Notes: generated from the letters alone by a model not told the origin. A stretch of DNA of 64,000 bases from an uncultured Desulfarculus sp. (GCA_963665125.2 CAXXUK010000001.1:1152001-1216000); one strand, 5' to 3'. Shown: positions 9,252 through 18,652, counted from the first letter of the stretch. A program made the numbers and translations.

Positions 9252-11405
9252 ATGAGCAAGCGCCAGTCAAAGACAAGATTTAGCGGCCATTGGGCATTGT
9301 GGTATGGGTTTGGCGCATTGCTTCTGTTTCTGGCGGCGTTGGCCGTCTGGCTTCAGGAGGCCGCCCGGCCCTGGCAGGACGAAGTGGGGGCCATAAACCT
9401 GCGGCGCGGCCGGATCACCGAAACACGGCTGCGGGAGGCAGGGGTGCCGGAGGAACGAGCCGCCGCCCTGGGCCGGGAACTGGCCAGCGAGGCGCCCCAG
9501 GTGTTGGAGATCGTCCCCACCCTCACCGGCAAGCCCGAGCGCTGCCTGAGCTGTCACAAGGGCATTGAGCCCATCAGCGACTCCCACCCAACCGAGGCAT
9601 TCGGTTGCGTCATCTGCCACGGCGGCAACGGCCTGGGCCTGACCAAGGCCCAAGCCCATAAGGGCCTTCGTGGCCGCAACCCGTCCAGCTTTGAAACTGT
9701 TCATGATTCATGCGGCGGCGGGCCCAACGGGGCGAGCTGCCACGCCAACCGCGAAACAGCCGCGGCCAACACCATCAGCCGCACCAGGCGCGGAGTCATG
9801 TCAACCATGACCGGCGTATTGACCAGCCTGCGGGTCTCCTGGGGCGCCCAGGATGATTTCAAGGCCCGTTACGGTACCATTGACGTAAACAACCCCGAGG
9901 CGGGCCAAACCCTGCCGCCGGGAGCCCTGGCCCGCATCGAAAAGGTAGGGCCGGGCGCCTCCAATGGCCGGGAAATGAAAGACTTTGCCGACGAGCAGTG
10001 GCGCAAGTTCTGCGCCCGCTGCCATCTGAACGCCGACCGAGACAAGGGCAAGAGCGTTCATGGCCGGGGCTGCGCGGCCTGCCACGGAGTGCGTGATGAA
10101 TCCGGCCTCTACCAGGACCTGGACGCGGCCATCGAGCGCAACGAGCCGGGACACGCCAAACGCCACCGCCTTTCGCCAACGCCGCCGGTTGACAATTGCC
10201 TGCGCTGCCACAACCGTAGCGGTCGTATCGGCCTGAATTTTTACGGCTGGATGGAAGACGAATCCGGCCGGGTGCCCTGGCCCAACGGCGACCAGCAGAA
10301 CCACCTCAGCGGCGGGCGCTCGGTGCGCAGCCTGCTGCCCGACGCGCACGCTGAAAAAGGCATGACCTGCATTGATTGCCACACCTCGGCCGAAGTCATG
10401 GGCGATGGTAACATCTACGGCCGCATGCGCTTCCAGACCGAGGTGCGCTGCGCCTCCTGCCACGGCGCGCCGGGCAAGCCTGTGTCATTTGGCCAGCCAA
10501 ACCGGGACACGGCCTATGAACTGCGCTACGGCCCGTTGAAGGCCGCGCCCAACCTGCGGCCCGGCCAGGTTCTGGCCCTCAGCGCCAAAAACAGGCCCCT
10601 GGCCAATGTGCGCCAAACAGGCCACGATGTCCTGGTGTATTCCAAGAGTTCGCCCGGCAAGACACACAAGGCCGCCCAGATTAATGCCGATCCGGCCCAC
10701 GACATCCCCGGCCATGAGCGCCTGGCCTGTCAGGCCTGCCACAGCCGCTGGACGCCCCAGTGTTTTGGATGCCACGATTACCGCGATGATGATGGGGGGC
10801 AAATGTGGGACTATGCCGAAAACAGGCCCACGCCCGGCGTATGGCGCGAATCGCGGGACCTCTACCGCTTTAACAAGACCGTGCTGGGCCTGGACTCGCG
10901 CGGCCAAATCAGGCCCTTCGCGCCCGGCTGCCAGGCCATGCTCAGCGTCAACGGGCAAGGCAAGCCGCAGATATCAACCAGCGGCCCGGCGGGCGGCAGC
11001 CTCGTCTATACGCCGGTATCGCCACATACATCCCGGCGGGAGGTGCGGCCCTGCCGTTCCTGCCACCTTGATCCGGCCGTGTTGGGCCGGGGCGGCGGCC
11101 CGGTGGCGATCGGACAAATGGAGGCCGGCAACATTGCCGATCTTGGCGGCTTTGGCCTTGATTGTGACTGGGATAAGCTGGCCAACTCCGAGGGTCAACC
11201 CTTGCAGGCCCAGACCCACCAGGGAGCCCGGCCTTTGAACAATGCCGAGGTGGCGCGGGTGCTGCGTTTCGGCAAGTGCCTAGCCTGCCACGAAAAGCCA
11301 ACCGACCCTGTTGTGCGGGACCCGGCCAAGGCCTACAAACGCATCGCCAGGGACGGCGATCACTACCAAAAGCACAAGCTCCAGGTGGAGAAGGCCCTGA
11401 AATGA
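9252..11405 (+). CDS. Membrane-anchored multiheme cytochrome c (11 CxxCH + 1 CX8CH), Geobacter ExtM/Cbc6-like
   Basis: N-terminal TM; CLSCH, CVICH, CARCH, CAACH, CLRCH, CIDCH, CASCH, CQACH, CFGCH, CRSCH, CLACH. Confidence 0.92.
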   Translation: MSKRQSKTRFSGHWALWYGFGALLLFLAALAVWLQEAARPWQDEVGAINLRRGRITETRLREAGVPEERAAALGRELASEAPQVLEIVPTLTGKPERCLSCHKGIEPISDSHPTEAFGCVICHGGNGLGLTKAQAHKGLRGRNPSSFETVHDSCGGGPNGASCHANRETAAANTISRTRRGVMSTMTGVLTSLRVSWGAQDDFKARYGTIDVNNPEAGQTLPPGALARIEKVGPGASNGREMKDFADEQWRKFCARCHLNADRDKGKSVHGRGCAACHGVRDESGLYQDLDAAIERNEPGHAKRHRLSPTPPVDNCLRCHNRSGRIGLNFYGWMEDESGRVPWPNGDQQNHLSGGRSVRSLLPDAHAEKGMTCIDCHTSAEVMGDGNIYGRMRFQTEVRCASCHGAPGKPVSFGQPNRDTAYELRYGPLKAAPNLRPGQVLALSAKNRPLANVRQTGHDVLVYSKSSPGKTHKAAQINADPAHDIPGHERLACQACHSRWTPQCFGCHDYRDDDGGQMWDYAENRPTPGVWRESRDLYRFNKTVLGLDSRGQIRPFAPGCQAMLSVNGQGKPQISTSGPAGGSLVYTPVSPHTSRREVRPCRSCHLDPAVLGRGGGPVAIGQMEAGNIADLGGFGLDCDWDKLANSEGQPLQAQTHQGARPLNNAEVARVLRFGKCLACHEKPTDPVVRDPAKAYKRIARDGDHYQKHKLQVEKALK

Positions 11406-13177
11406 AGCGTCTGCTGATCATATGCGCCGTATTGGCCCTGTGCTTGCCCGTGGGCTCCCCTGCCGCCGTTAAAGGGTGCACGGCCTGCCATGGGGGAATT
11501 GTCTCGCCCATGCCCGCCGCTGGCGGCCCCAAGCTGGCCTGTATCCAGTGCCACGGCGGCGACAGCGCGGCGGCGGACGCCGAAAACGCCCATAAGGCCA
11601 TGAGAGCCAACCCTTCGGACCTGGAGCATGTAGACGTCACCTGCGGCCAGTGCCATCCCAAATGGGCCGCCAGGATCAAACGTTCACCCATGGCCACGGC
11701 AGTGGGCCTGATCAACCAGACGCGTTATCTATGGGGCGCACATGCCGAGCCAAAGCCGCGATTCGCCGCCCGCGCGGGAGGAGACTTGACCGCCCTGCCC
11801 CATCCAAAACAAAGCGGCCAAGACGTGGACGACCTGCTCAGGCGGCGTTGCCTGCGCTGTCATTTGGGCGCGGCCGATGAATCACAAAACCGTTCGGCGG
11901 GCTGCGCGGCCTGTCACCGGTCAATGGCCGGAGCCGACGGCAAGCGGTCGCATGCCCTGCGCAAGGCCGTGCCGGTTGGGCAATGCCAGGCTTGCCACGC
12001 CGATTGCGGGGCCGGGGCCCAATTCAGCGGACTCATGCCTCGCGACGCCCATCGCTCGGCCCGCTTCGACGCCAATAACCCGCATAAGCCGAACCTGTGG
12101 CAGGGCCGCGCCTGGCGAAGAATGACCCCGGACGCCCATTTCAAGGCTGGCATGGCCTGCATCGATTGCCATGTTGCCGATGAAATAATGGGCGATGGCC
12201 AAATCCGCCAGGCCGGGCTGCTGCACGTGGGTCTTCGCTGCACATCCTGCCACGGCAGACCGGGCAAGCCGCCGGCAAAGCCAGTAACCAGCCGCGGCGC
12301 ACCGATTAAGAGCCTTATTATCGCTAAGGACGGCGTAAAGCTTAAAACCAAGCTCTCTGGCAAGGTGCTGCCAGTGCCGCTGCTCAAGACCGGCCCGGGC
12401 GCGCCCATAGCCCACGTTGCGCCGGGCCATGAGCGCGTGGCCTGCCATGCCTGCCACAACTACGCCAACCCGGCCGTGTGGGGTCTGCAAGTGCTCAGGG
12501 AAACCCGACCTCAATATGGGCAATGGCGAGAAATAGCGGCCCAGGGCGACCCGCAGGTCTGGGACCTGATTATTGATCAACTGGCCTTGCCGCCCGAAAG
12601 GCGCATTCCGCCGCAAACCAGGGATCATTTAAGCGGAGAGATGCGGCCCGGCGTGTGGCTGGTGTCGCCGTTTTTCCGGCGCTTCGAGTGGCGGGTTTAC
12701 GGGCTGGGGCCCGGCGGGCGCACCTTCCTGCTCTCGCCGCGCTATCAGTACGTTGTTACGACGTTAGGCAAAGACGGTAAGGCCATTAAAAAGGCCGAGA
12801 TCCCCAAACCCGGCCTGGGAATGACGCCGTGGCATTCCCACACCGTGGCCAAGCCCACCATTAACTGCATCGCCTGCCACGGCAATGCCGAGGCTATCGG
12901 TCTGGGGCTCACCTTTGACGCTCAGCCCGGCGCGGACGGCAAGCCAAAGCTGGCTCCCGAGCTTTGGCTGCCCCGCAGCGAGGGTCTGGGCCTTGATCAC
13001 GGCTGGACCCAGGTGGTTGATATAAAGGGCGAGCCTTTGCAGGCGTTATTGGTGGATGGGTCGAGGCCCTATAACGAAAAAGAACTGAAGATGCTCCTGA
13101 GGCCGGGCAAGACGTACACCCGCTGGCTACTCAGGGCCTTGGAGCAGCGCTATCCCGAACCGAATCAGGCCCAATAG
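11402..13177 (+). CDS. Periplasmic decaheme cytochrome c, paralogue of the upstream gene
   Basis: ATGA overlap with upstream stop; Sec signal peptide; 10 CxxCH motifs. Confidence 0.92.
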   Translation: MKRLLIICAVLALCLPVGSPAAVKGCTACHGGIVSPMPAAGGPKLACIQCHGGDSAAADAENAHKAMRANPSDLEHVDVTCGQCHPKWAARIKRSPMATAVGLINQTRYLWGAHAEPKPRFAARAGGDLTALPHPKQSGQDVDDLLRRRCLRCHLGAADESQNRSAGCAACHRSMAGADGKRSHALRKAVPVGQCQACHADCGAGAQFSGLMPRDAHRSARFDANNPHKPNLWQGRAWRRMTPDAHFKAGMACIDCHVADEIMGDGQIRQAGLLHVGLRCTSCHGRPGKPPAKPVTSRGAPIKSLIIAKDGVKLKTKLSGKVLPVPLLKTGPGAPIAHVAPGHERVACHACHNYANPAVWGLQVLRETRPQYGQWREIAAQGDPQVWDLIIDQLALPPERRIPPQTRDHLSGEMRPGVWLVSPFFRRFEWRVYGLGPGGRTFLLSPRYQYVVTTLGKDGKAIKKAEIPKPGLGMTPWHSHTVAKPTINCIACHGNAEAIGLGLTFDAQPGADGKPKLAPELWLPRSEGLGLDHGWTQVVDIKGEPLQALLVDGSRPYNEKELKMLLRPGKTYTRWLLRALEQRYPEPNQAQ

Positions 13178-13536
13178 CCCCAGACGGTAAGCCCGATCCA
13201 GGCGGTCAGAATGGCCCAGGCGATCCACTCTGCCCAAGCCGGTCGGCGGGCCCGGGGCGTGGGTAGGCCTTGTTCCTTGGCCAGCCAGGGCAGCGCCCCT
13301 AGCCAACCCAACGCCGCCAGGGGCAGCACCAACCCGCCCCACAACGGATCGGCCAGGCGCAGTACCTGTTGCAGGCCCACGAAAATCCACGGCGCATGGG
13401 CTTGGGCGGCTGCCGCTCCGCCCACCGGCTCCAGGGGATACAGAGCGGCCCCGGCCACGATGGCGGCCAGGCCGATCAGCAGGGCCAGGCCTTCCTTGGC
13501 TAAAAGTGTCTGGCGGGTTTGAGGGCTGTTTTCCAT
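13165..13536 (-). CDS. Cytochrome b C-terminal subunit (PetD/subunit IV, ExtQ-like)
   Basis: 3 TM helices; APWIFVGLQQVLR in the PEWY-equivalent position, followed by GGLVLP...LPWL. Confidence 0.8.
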   Translation of the reverse strand: MENSPQTRQTLLAKEGLALLIGLAAIVAGAALYPLEPVGGAAAAQAHAPWIFVGLQQVLRLADPLWGGLVLPLAALGWLGALPWLAKEQGLPTPRARRPAWAEWIAWAILTAWIGLTVWGYWA

Positions 13537-13602
13537 GAATATAAACATACGGCCAAGCACGGCGGGCTTGCAACCGGCATTGCGGGCGATTATGGTTGAT
13601 TC
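13537..13602. promoter_or_regulatory. Putative bidirectional sigma70 promoter with a shared palindromic -35
   Basis: TTGCAA at 13568-13573; + strand N17-TATGGT, - strand N18-TATGTT. Confidence 0.5.
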
Positions 13603-14082
13603 ATGGCAGATGTCCACACCAATAACGGCCAGACCCGCCGATCATGGCTCAAACAGGCCCCCTGGGCGGCCTGGGGCCTGATCACGGCAGCCGTGGCCCT
13701 GCTCAGCGGCTCGGCGTTCCGCCTGTTGGCCCATGGCCCGGCGGCCGACGCCAACCTGGCCCCGGTGGACATGGGCCCTGTGGCCGACATCAAGCCCGGC
13801 CAAGTGCTGACCAAGGGCCATGCCGCCGTAACCCGCGACGACCAGGGCATCCTGGCTCTGCGCCTGGCCTGCCCTCACCTGGGCTGCGCCCCGGACTATG
13901 ACAGGGCCAAGGGCCAATTCCTCTGCCCCTGCCATGGCTCTCGTTTCGCCGCCGACGGCGCATTGCTTCAGGGCCCGGCCAAGAGCGGTCTACCGGCCGT
14001 GGCCGTGCATGTGGACAAACAGGGCCACCTTATAGTCAAACCGTCCCAGGAAGCCGACCCCGGCCAAAGGTTGCAGGTCTAG
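13603..14082 (+). CDS. Rieske [2Fe-2S] subunit of a Rieske/cytochrome b complex
   Basis: Tat-like TRRSWLK + TM; CPHLGC and CPCHGS boxes; GPA motif. Confidence 0.95.
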   Translation: MADVHTNNGQTRRSWLKQAPWAAWGLITAAVALLSGSAFRLLAHGPAADANLAPVDMGPVADIKPGQVLTKGHAAVTRDDQGILALRLACPHLGCAPDYDRAKGQFLCPCHGSRFAADGALLQGPAKSGLPAVAVHVDKQGHLIVKPSQEADPGQRLQV

Positions 14083-14084
14083 GC

Positions 14085-14711
14085 ATGGCCAAACCTGGAT
14101 TTCTGGAACACCTACACCCTCCCCGCCTGGATGAGCGCCGCATCCGCTTCAGCCATACGTTTTGCCTGGGAGGTCTAAGCTTTTTTTTGTTTCTGGTGCT
14201 GGCCCTAAGCGGCGGGCTGCTCATGTTCGTCTACACGCCCACGCCCCAGGGCGCATCCAATTTTTTCGCCCTGGAGGCGGGCAACCTGCCCTTCGGTTGG
14301 TTCTTCCGGCGGGTGCACTGGCTGGCGGGCCAGGCCATGGTCATCACCGTGCTGCTGCACATGGCGCGGGTTTTGATCACCGGCGCCCATTTGCCGCCCA
14401 GGGCATCGAATTGGGTGGTTGGGCTGGGGCTGTTGGTCCTGACCCTGGCCATGGACCTGAGCGGCTATATCCTGCGCTGGGACCCGGCCACCCAATCCGC
14501 GGTCATGGTCAGCGCCTCGCTCGTCGGCGAGATCCCCCTGGTGGGCGACCTGCTTAAGCGCCTGCTCTTGGGCGGCCAGAGCCTGGGCCCGCCCGCCCTG
14601 TTGCGCTTTTATGTTCTGCACTGCCTGGCCCTGCCGCTGTTGGCCTTTTGCCTGTGCCTGTATCATTTCTGGCGCATCCGCCGGGACGGCAGGCAGCTGT
14701 CTGGTCTTTAA
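14085..14711 (+). CDS. Cytochrome b6-type N-terminal subunit (PetB-like)
   Basis: CLGG heme-ci Cys; H-x13-H in helix B, H-x14-H in helix D; 208 aa. Confidence 0.95.
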   Translation: MAKPGFLEHLHPPRLDERRIRFSHTFCLGGLSFFLFLVLALSGGLLMFVYTPTPQGASNFFALEAGNLPFGWFFRRVHWLAGQAMVITVLLHMARVLITGAHLPPRASNWVVGLGLLVLTLAMDLSGYILRWDPATQSAVMVSASLVGEIPLVGDLLKRLLLGGQSLGPPALLRFYVLHCLALPLLAFCLCLYHFWRIRRDGRQLSGL

Positions 14712-14809
14712 ACCTACCTGTTAAACAAAACCATAACAGACCAATACTAAATACAAAAGCCCGGCCACATGTTGCAGCTGGGCTCTTGGTTTATTGCTGA
14801 TTTTTGGGC

Positions 14810-15400
14810 TTAGGCCTTGGCCGCCTCGTAGCCCAAGTCAAAGGCCGCGATGTTGGCATCGGCGAACTTGGCCTTGGTCTTGGCCCGGATAACATCCTTC
14901 ATCTTTTCCACCGGCACGGGCATGTCGGCCGCCGCGAACAGCGAACCCAGCATTACCATGTTCAGGCTCAGGGGGTTCTTGGCCTGCTCGGCCAGGGCCT
15001 GGCCGTCAAAGGAAACGACCTTGGCCACCTTGGATTTCAGGTACTTAATTCCCTCGTCCGGGTCAGGGTACGCGGCTTGGCCCGTGGCCACGGTGAATGG
15101 CGGAAGCGGCCTGGTGCTGAGGATGACAAGGCTGTCGGTGCGGGCCTTGTCCAACAGACGCAGGGCCTCGGCAGGCTCGAAGGCCACCAGCACGTCGGCT
15201 TCTCCCTGGCTGACGATGGGGCTCTTGGGGCCGCCCAGGATCACCGCCGATTCAACCACGCCGCCGCGCTGGGCCATGCCGTGGATCTCGCTGACCACCG
15301 CGGGCACTCCGACCTCCACGGCGGCCTGGCCCAACAGATTACTGGCCAGCAGGTTGCCCTGGCCGCCAACACCCACAAAAACAATGCGCAGTGTCTTCAT
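14810..15400 (-). CDS. iorB: Indolepyruvate:ferredoxin oxidoreductase beta subunit
   Basis: GVGGQG, SEIHGMAQRGG, NMVMLG motifs. Confidence 0.95.
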   Translation of the reverse strand: MKTLRIVFVGVGGQGNLLASNLLGQAAVEVGVPAVVSEIHGMAQRGGVVESAVILGGPKSPIVSQGEADVLVAFEPAEALRLLDKARTDSLVILSTRPLPPFTVATGQAAYPDPDEGIKYLKSKVAKVVSFDGQALAEQAKNPLSLNMVMLGSLFAAADMPVPVEKMKDVIRAKTKAKFADANIAAFDLGYEAAKA

Positions 15401-15402
15401 GA

Positions 15403-17301
15403 TCAACCCTCCTTCACCGGCACGATTGCTTTTTCGGGGCAGATCTGGGCGCACAGGGCGCAGCCGATGCACATGCTGGTGTTGATCTGCGCCTGTTGGC
15501 CGTCAAGATAGAACGCCGGACAGGCGATCTTGTCGATGCAGGTGCGATGATTTTTACATTTGGCCGGGTCCACCTGGAACGACTTGCGGCTCACGGGTTT
15601 GACCCTGCGGCCGTACAGCGGACAGATCTCCCGGCTGATGACCACGCTGACGCCGTCATATTCCACGGCCTCCCGGATGGCCTTGATGGCCGCGCCGGTC
15701 TTCAGCGGCTTGATGACCGTGACGTGCTTGACGCCCAAGCCGCGAATAAGCGGCTCCAGGGGCAAGTGCTCCTTGTCGTCGTGCAGGCCGTGCTCCACGC
15801 CGGGGTGAGGCTGGTGGCCGGTCATGGCCGTGGTGCCGTTGTCCAGGATGATCAGGGTGAAGTTGTGCTGGTTGTGCACGGCGCTGACCAGGCCGGTGAT
15901 GCCGGAATGGAAAAACGTGCTGTCGCCGATGAATGCAACGACCTTTTGATCAGTAGCCGAGCTGATGCCGGCTGAAGCGCTTACCGACGATCCCATGCAG
16001 ATCAAAAAGTCGGCCATGGAGATGGGCGGCAGCATGCCCAGGGTGTAGCAACCGATGTCCGAAGGGAAGATCGTCTCAGAGCCCACCACTTCCTTGACCG
16101 CGTAGAACGTGGCCCTGTGGGGGCAACCCGAGCAGAGGTTCGGCGGCCTGCCCGGCAGGCCCGGCCTCTGGGCCAGCTCGATCATGGCCGGCGAAGTGTC
16201 TTCCAGGCCGAATGTTTCGGCAATGGTCTTGCGGACCAAACGCGGAGTGTATTCAAAGGCCTTGGTAAAGACCTTTGGCGGAGCCAAGTCCACCGAAACA
16301 TCGGGGATGGCACCCGGCACCTTGCCGCTGATCTCCACGCTGATGCCCCGTTCCTGAGCGATGGCTCTGGCGGCCTGCTCGACGATGGGCTCCAGTTCCT
16401 CGACCACCAGGACCTTGTCGCAGGCCTCCAGCAGGGCGGCGATCTTGTTCTCGGGCAGAGGGAAGCTCATGCCCAGGTTCAAGACCATGACTTTGTCGTC
16501 CGCGTTCAGGTCGTCCAGGGCATCGGCGACATAATTGACGCATACGCCCGAGGTGATTACGCCAAGTTTGCCCGAGCCCACCGTCACGTTGAATTCGCAC
16601 TGCTCGGATATTTCCTTGGCCTGCTCGATGATTCGCAGTAAACGCAGATGCAGGTTGCGGCTCACGGCGGGAACCGTGGCGAAGCGGGTCGGCTCCTTGA
16701 TGAACCTGCCCTTGGTAATGGTTTCGGGCAGGTCATCGAACTCAACCTGGCTGCGGGCGTGGTTGACCCTGGTGGTCGTGCGCAATATCACCGGCGACTC
16801 CAGCTTTTCGCTGAGTTCATAGGCGTATTTGACCATGGCCTTGGCCTGGGCCGGATCGGCGGGCTCCAGCATGGGCAGGCCGCTCATGCGGGCGTAGTAG
16901 CGGTTGTCCTGCTCGTTTTGGCTGGAAAACAGCGACGGATCGTCGGCGCAGAGAATGACCATGCCAGCGCGCACGCCGGTGTAGGCCAGGGTCAACATCG
17001 GGTCGGCGGCCACGTTCATGCCCACGTGCTTCATGGTGCACAGGGTGCGCAGACCGGTGACAGCCGCTCCGGCGGCCGTCTCCAGGGCCACCTTTTCGTT
17101 TACGGAGTACTCGAACTTGTATTTGACCTCATCGGGATGGGCCCGCATAAGCCTGTGCAAGTTGTCGGGCACCTCCGACGAAGGTGTGCCGGGATAACAA
17201 GTGGCGAAAGCCATACCGGCTTCCAGGGCGCCGCGCACGATGGCCTCGTTGCCCAACAACAGGCTTTTTTGTCCGCCTTTTGGCGAAAGAAGTTGGTCCA
17301 T
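15403..17301 (-). CDS. iorA: Indolepyruvate:ferredoxin oxidoreductase alpha subunit
   Basis: LLGNEAI, YPGTPSSE, NEKVALE, SSQNEQD, CSGCPHR, TPP motif GDSTFFHSG, C-terminal ferredoxin. Confidence 0.97.
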   Translation of the reverse strand: MDQLLSPKGGQKSLLLGNEAIVRGALEAGMAFATCYPGTPSSEVPDNLHRLMRAHPDEVKYKFEYSVNEKVALETAAGAAVTGLRTLCTMKHVGMNVAADPMLTLAYTGVRAGMVILCADDPSLFSSQNEQDNRYYARMSGLPMLEPADPAQAKAMVKYAYELSEKLESPVILRTTTRVNHARSQVEFDDLPETITKGRFIKEPTRFATVPAVSRNLHLRLLRIIEQAKEISEQCEFNVTVGSGKLGVITSGVCVNYVADALDDLNADDKVMVLNLGMSFPLPENKIAALLEACDKVLVVEELEPIVEQAARAIAQERGISVEISGKVPGAIPDVSVDLAPPKVFTKAFEYTPRLVRKTIAETFGLEDTSPAMIELAQRPGLPGRPPNLCSGCPHRATFYAVKEVVGSETIFPSDIGCYTLGMLPPISMADFLICMGSSVSASAGISSATDQKVVAFIGDSTFFHSGITGLVSAVHNQHNFTLIILDNGTTAMTGHQPHPGVEHGLHDDKEHLPLEPLIRGLGVKHVTVIKPLKTGAAIKAIREAVEYDGVSVVISREICPLYGRRVKPVSRKSFQVDPAKCKNHRTCIDKIACPAFYLDGQQAQINTSMCIGCALCAQICPEKAIVPVKEG

Positions 17302-17545
17302 AAGCCGTTCTCCGGCACAGGGCTTCAAGTTTTTTCCCGCCAGGCGGGCGCAAGCTCACAAAGGCTACCCTGTTGCCCTGCGCAATCAGGTAAGATGATA
17401 TAAAGAGAGTGGTTTCTGAAACTAGTCTGCGCAGTAAGCTCTGTCAAGGGCAAATAGATATCATGCTTGGTACAACAGATGTAAAGTGTTAATAAAATCC
17501 AGCACCGTCTTTTTTTGCGGTAACGTTTGCACAGCGGAGGATTTA

Positions 17546-18121
17546 GTGGACGCCCCCAACGCCGATCTTATGCTTAACGACGGAAGCCTGGTGGATTGCA
17601 TCTGGCTGACTCCGGAAAATAAAGAGCCCCTCCTCGATCTTTCCCGTCAGCTAAAGCCAGACATGGTGGGCAGGCACCGCCAGGATTTAACCAACCCCAA
17701 AGCCGTTGAGCAGTGGCTGGGGGCCCTTGGCAAGGGAGGTTTGTCGGTGCTTGTGGCCCAGGACCCCGGCAAGGGTAACCGGGCCGCTGGTTACGTGTAT
17801 TTGCAAAAAGGCATGCTGTGGTCGTCACACATGGGCACTGTGGAGGCCTATGTACATCCGGATTACCGCAATCTGGGCCTGGGAAGCGCCCTGTTGCGGG
17901 AAATCGTCAGACACGCAGAGGGCCTGGGTTTGATGTTCGCCAAAGCCGAGTTGCCGGCCGAGCGCCGCGACCTTGTCACGGCGTACAAAAGGCTTGGTTT
18001 TCACCTAAAAGCAATACTGGAGGATTACCGTGTGGACAGAACGGGCAAGCCCTACGACGTACTGATAATGACTAAGCGCGTTATGGTGGACAGCACGCAG
18101 GAGTTTCTCTACAGCTACTGA
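17546..18121 (+). CDS. GNAT family N-acetyltransferase
   Basis: VHPDYRNLGLGSALL and YKRLGF motifs; GGAGG RBS before GTG 17546. Confidence 0.9.
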   Translation: MDAPNADLMLNDGSLVDCIWLTPENKEPLLDLSRQLKPDMVGRHRQDLTNPKAVEQWLGALGKGGLSVLVAQDPGKGNRAAGYVYLQKGMLWSSHMGTVEAYVHPDYRNLGLGSALLREIVRHAEGLGLMFAKAELPAERRDLVTAYKRLGFHLKAILEDYRVDRTGKPYDVLIMTKRVMVDSTQEFLYSY

Positions 18122-18139
18122 TAAGTTACCGCTCCGCTA

Positions 18140-18230
18140 GTGTAAAAAAAATCACAATCGGGGCAGGCTTCAAGTTGACAACAAACTACCTGTGGTTTAT
18201 TGTGCTTCCGGTTTGTTAACCTCTTCACTA
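18140..18230 (+). promoter_or_regulatory. Sigma70 promoter flanked by two Rex-like operators
   Basis: TTGACA(18175)-N17-TATTGT(18198); TTGTTAA-CCTC-TTCACTA at 18213-18230; GTGTAAA-AAAA-ATCACAA at 18140-18157. Confidence 0.6.
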
Positions 18231-18247
18231 TCCGGTCAGGCAGGGAT

Positions 18248-18640
18248 ATGGCGAAGATTCTAATAATCGACGATGACGCAGATTTCACCTTGGCCACCAA
18301 GGCTATTTTGGAATCAGCCGGCCACCAGGTTAGCGCAGCCCCCTCGGGCAAGGACGGCCTGGACAAGATCAAGGACGAAGACCCCGACTTGATCATCCTC
18401 GACATCATGATGGACTCGATATATGAGGGGTTCTCGGTGACGACCACGTTGCGCGGCACTCCCGAATACATCGATTTTCGGGATACGCCGGTGCTGATGT
18501 GCTCGGCGGTAAAGAAGATTACCGGCGAACGGTTCAATGTTCCCAAGGACGCACAGCTTGCTCAAGGTGACGACTATCTTGACAAGCCCTTCAGCGCCGA
18601 AGTGCTGCTGAACAGGGTTAACAAGCTGCTAGGCAAATAG
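18248..18640 (+). CDS. Stand-alone response regulator receiver protein
   Basis: ILIIDDD, PDLIILDIMM, YLDKP; no output domain. Confidence 0.93.
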   Translation: MAKILIIDDDADFTLATKAILESAGHQVSAAPSGKDGLDKIKDEDPDLIILDIMMDSIYEGFSVTTTLRGTPEYIDFRDTPVLMCSAVKKITGERFNVPKDAQLAQGDDYLDKPFSAEVLLNRVNKLLGK

Positions 18641-18652
18641 GCCGATGACACA

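Noticed and set aside
13150..13610. Recombinase-driven invertible segment around the subunit-IV gene
   Set aside because: No flanking inverted repeats or recombinase seen; the gene overlaps its neighbour, implying a fixed arrangement
7231..14711. Selenocysteine (in-frame TGA) in YeeE, TusA or the cytochromes
   Set aside because: All key motifs use Cys and the ORFs are full length
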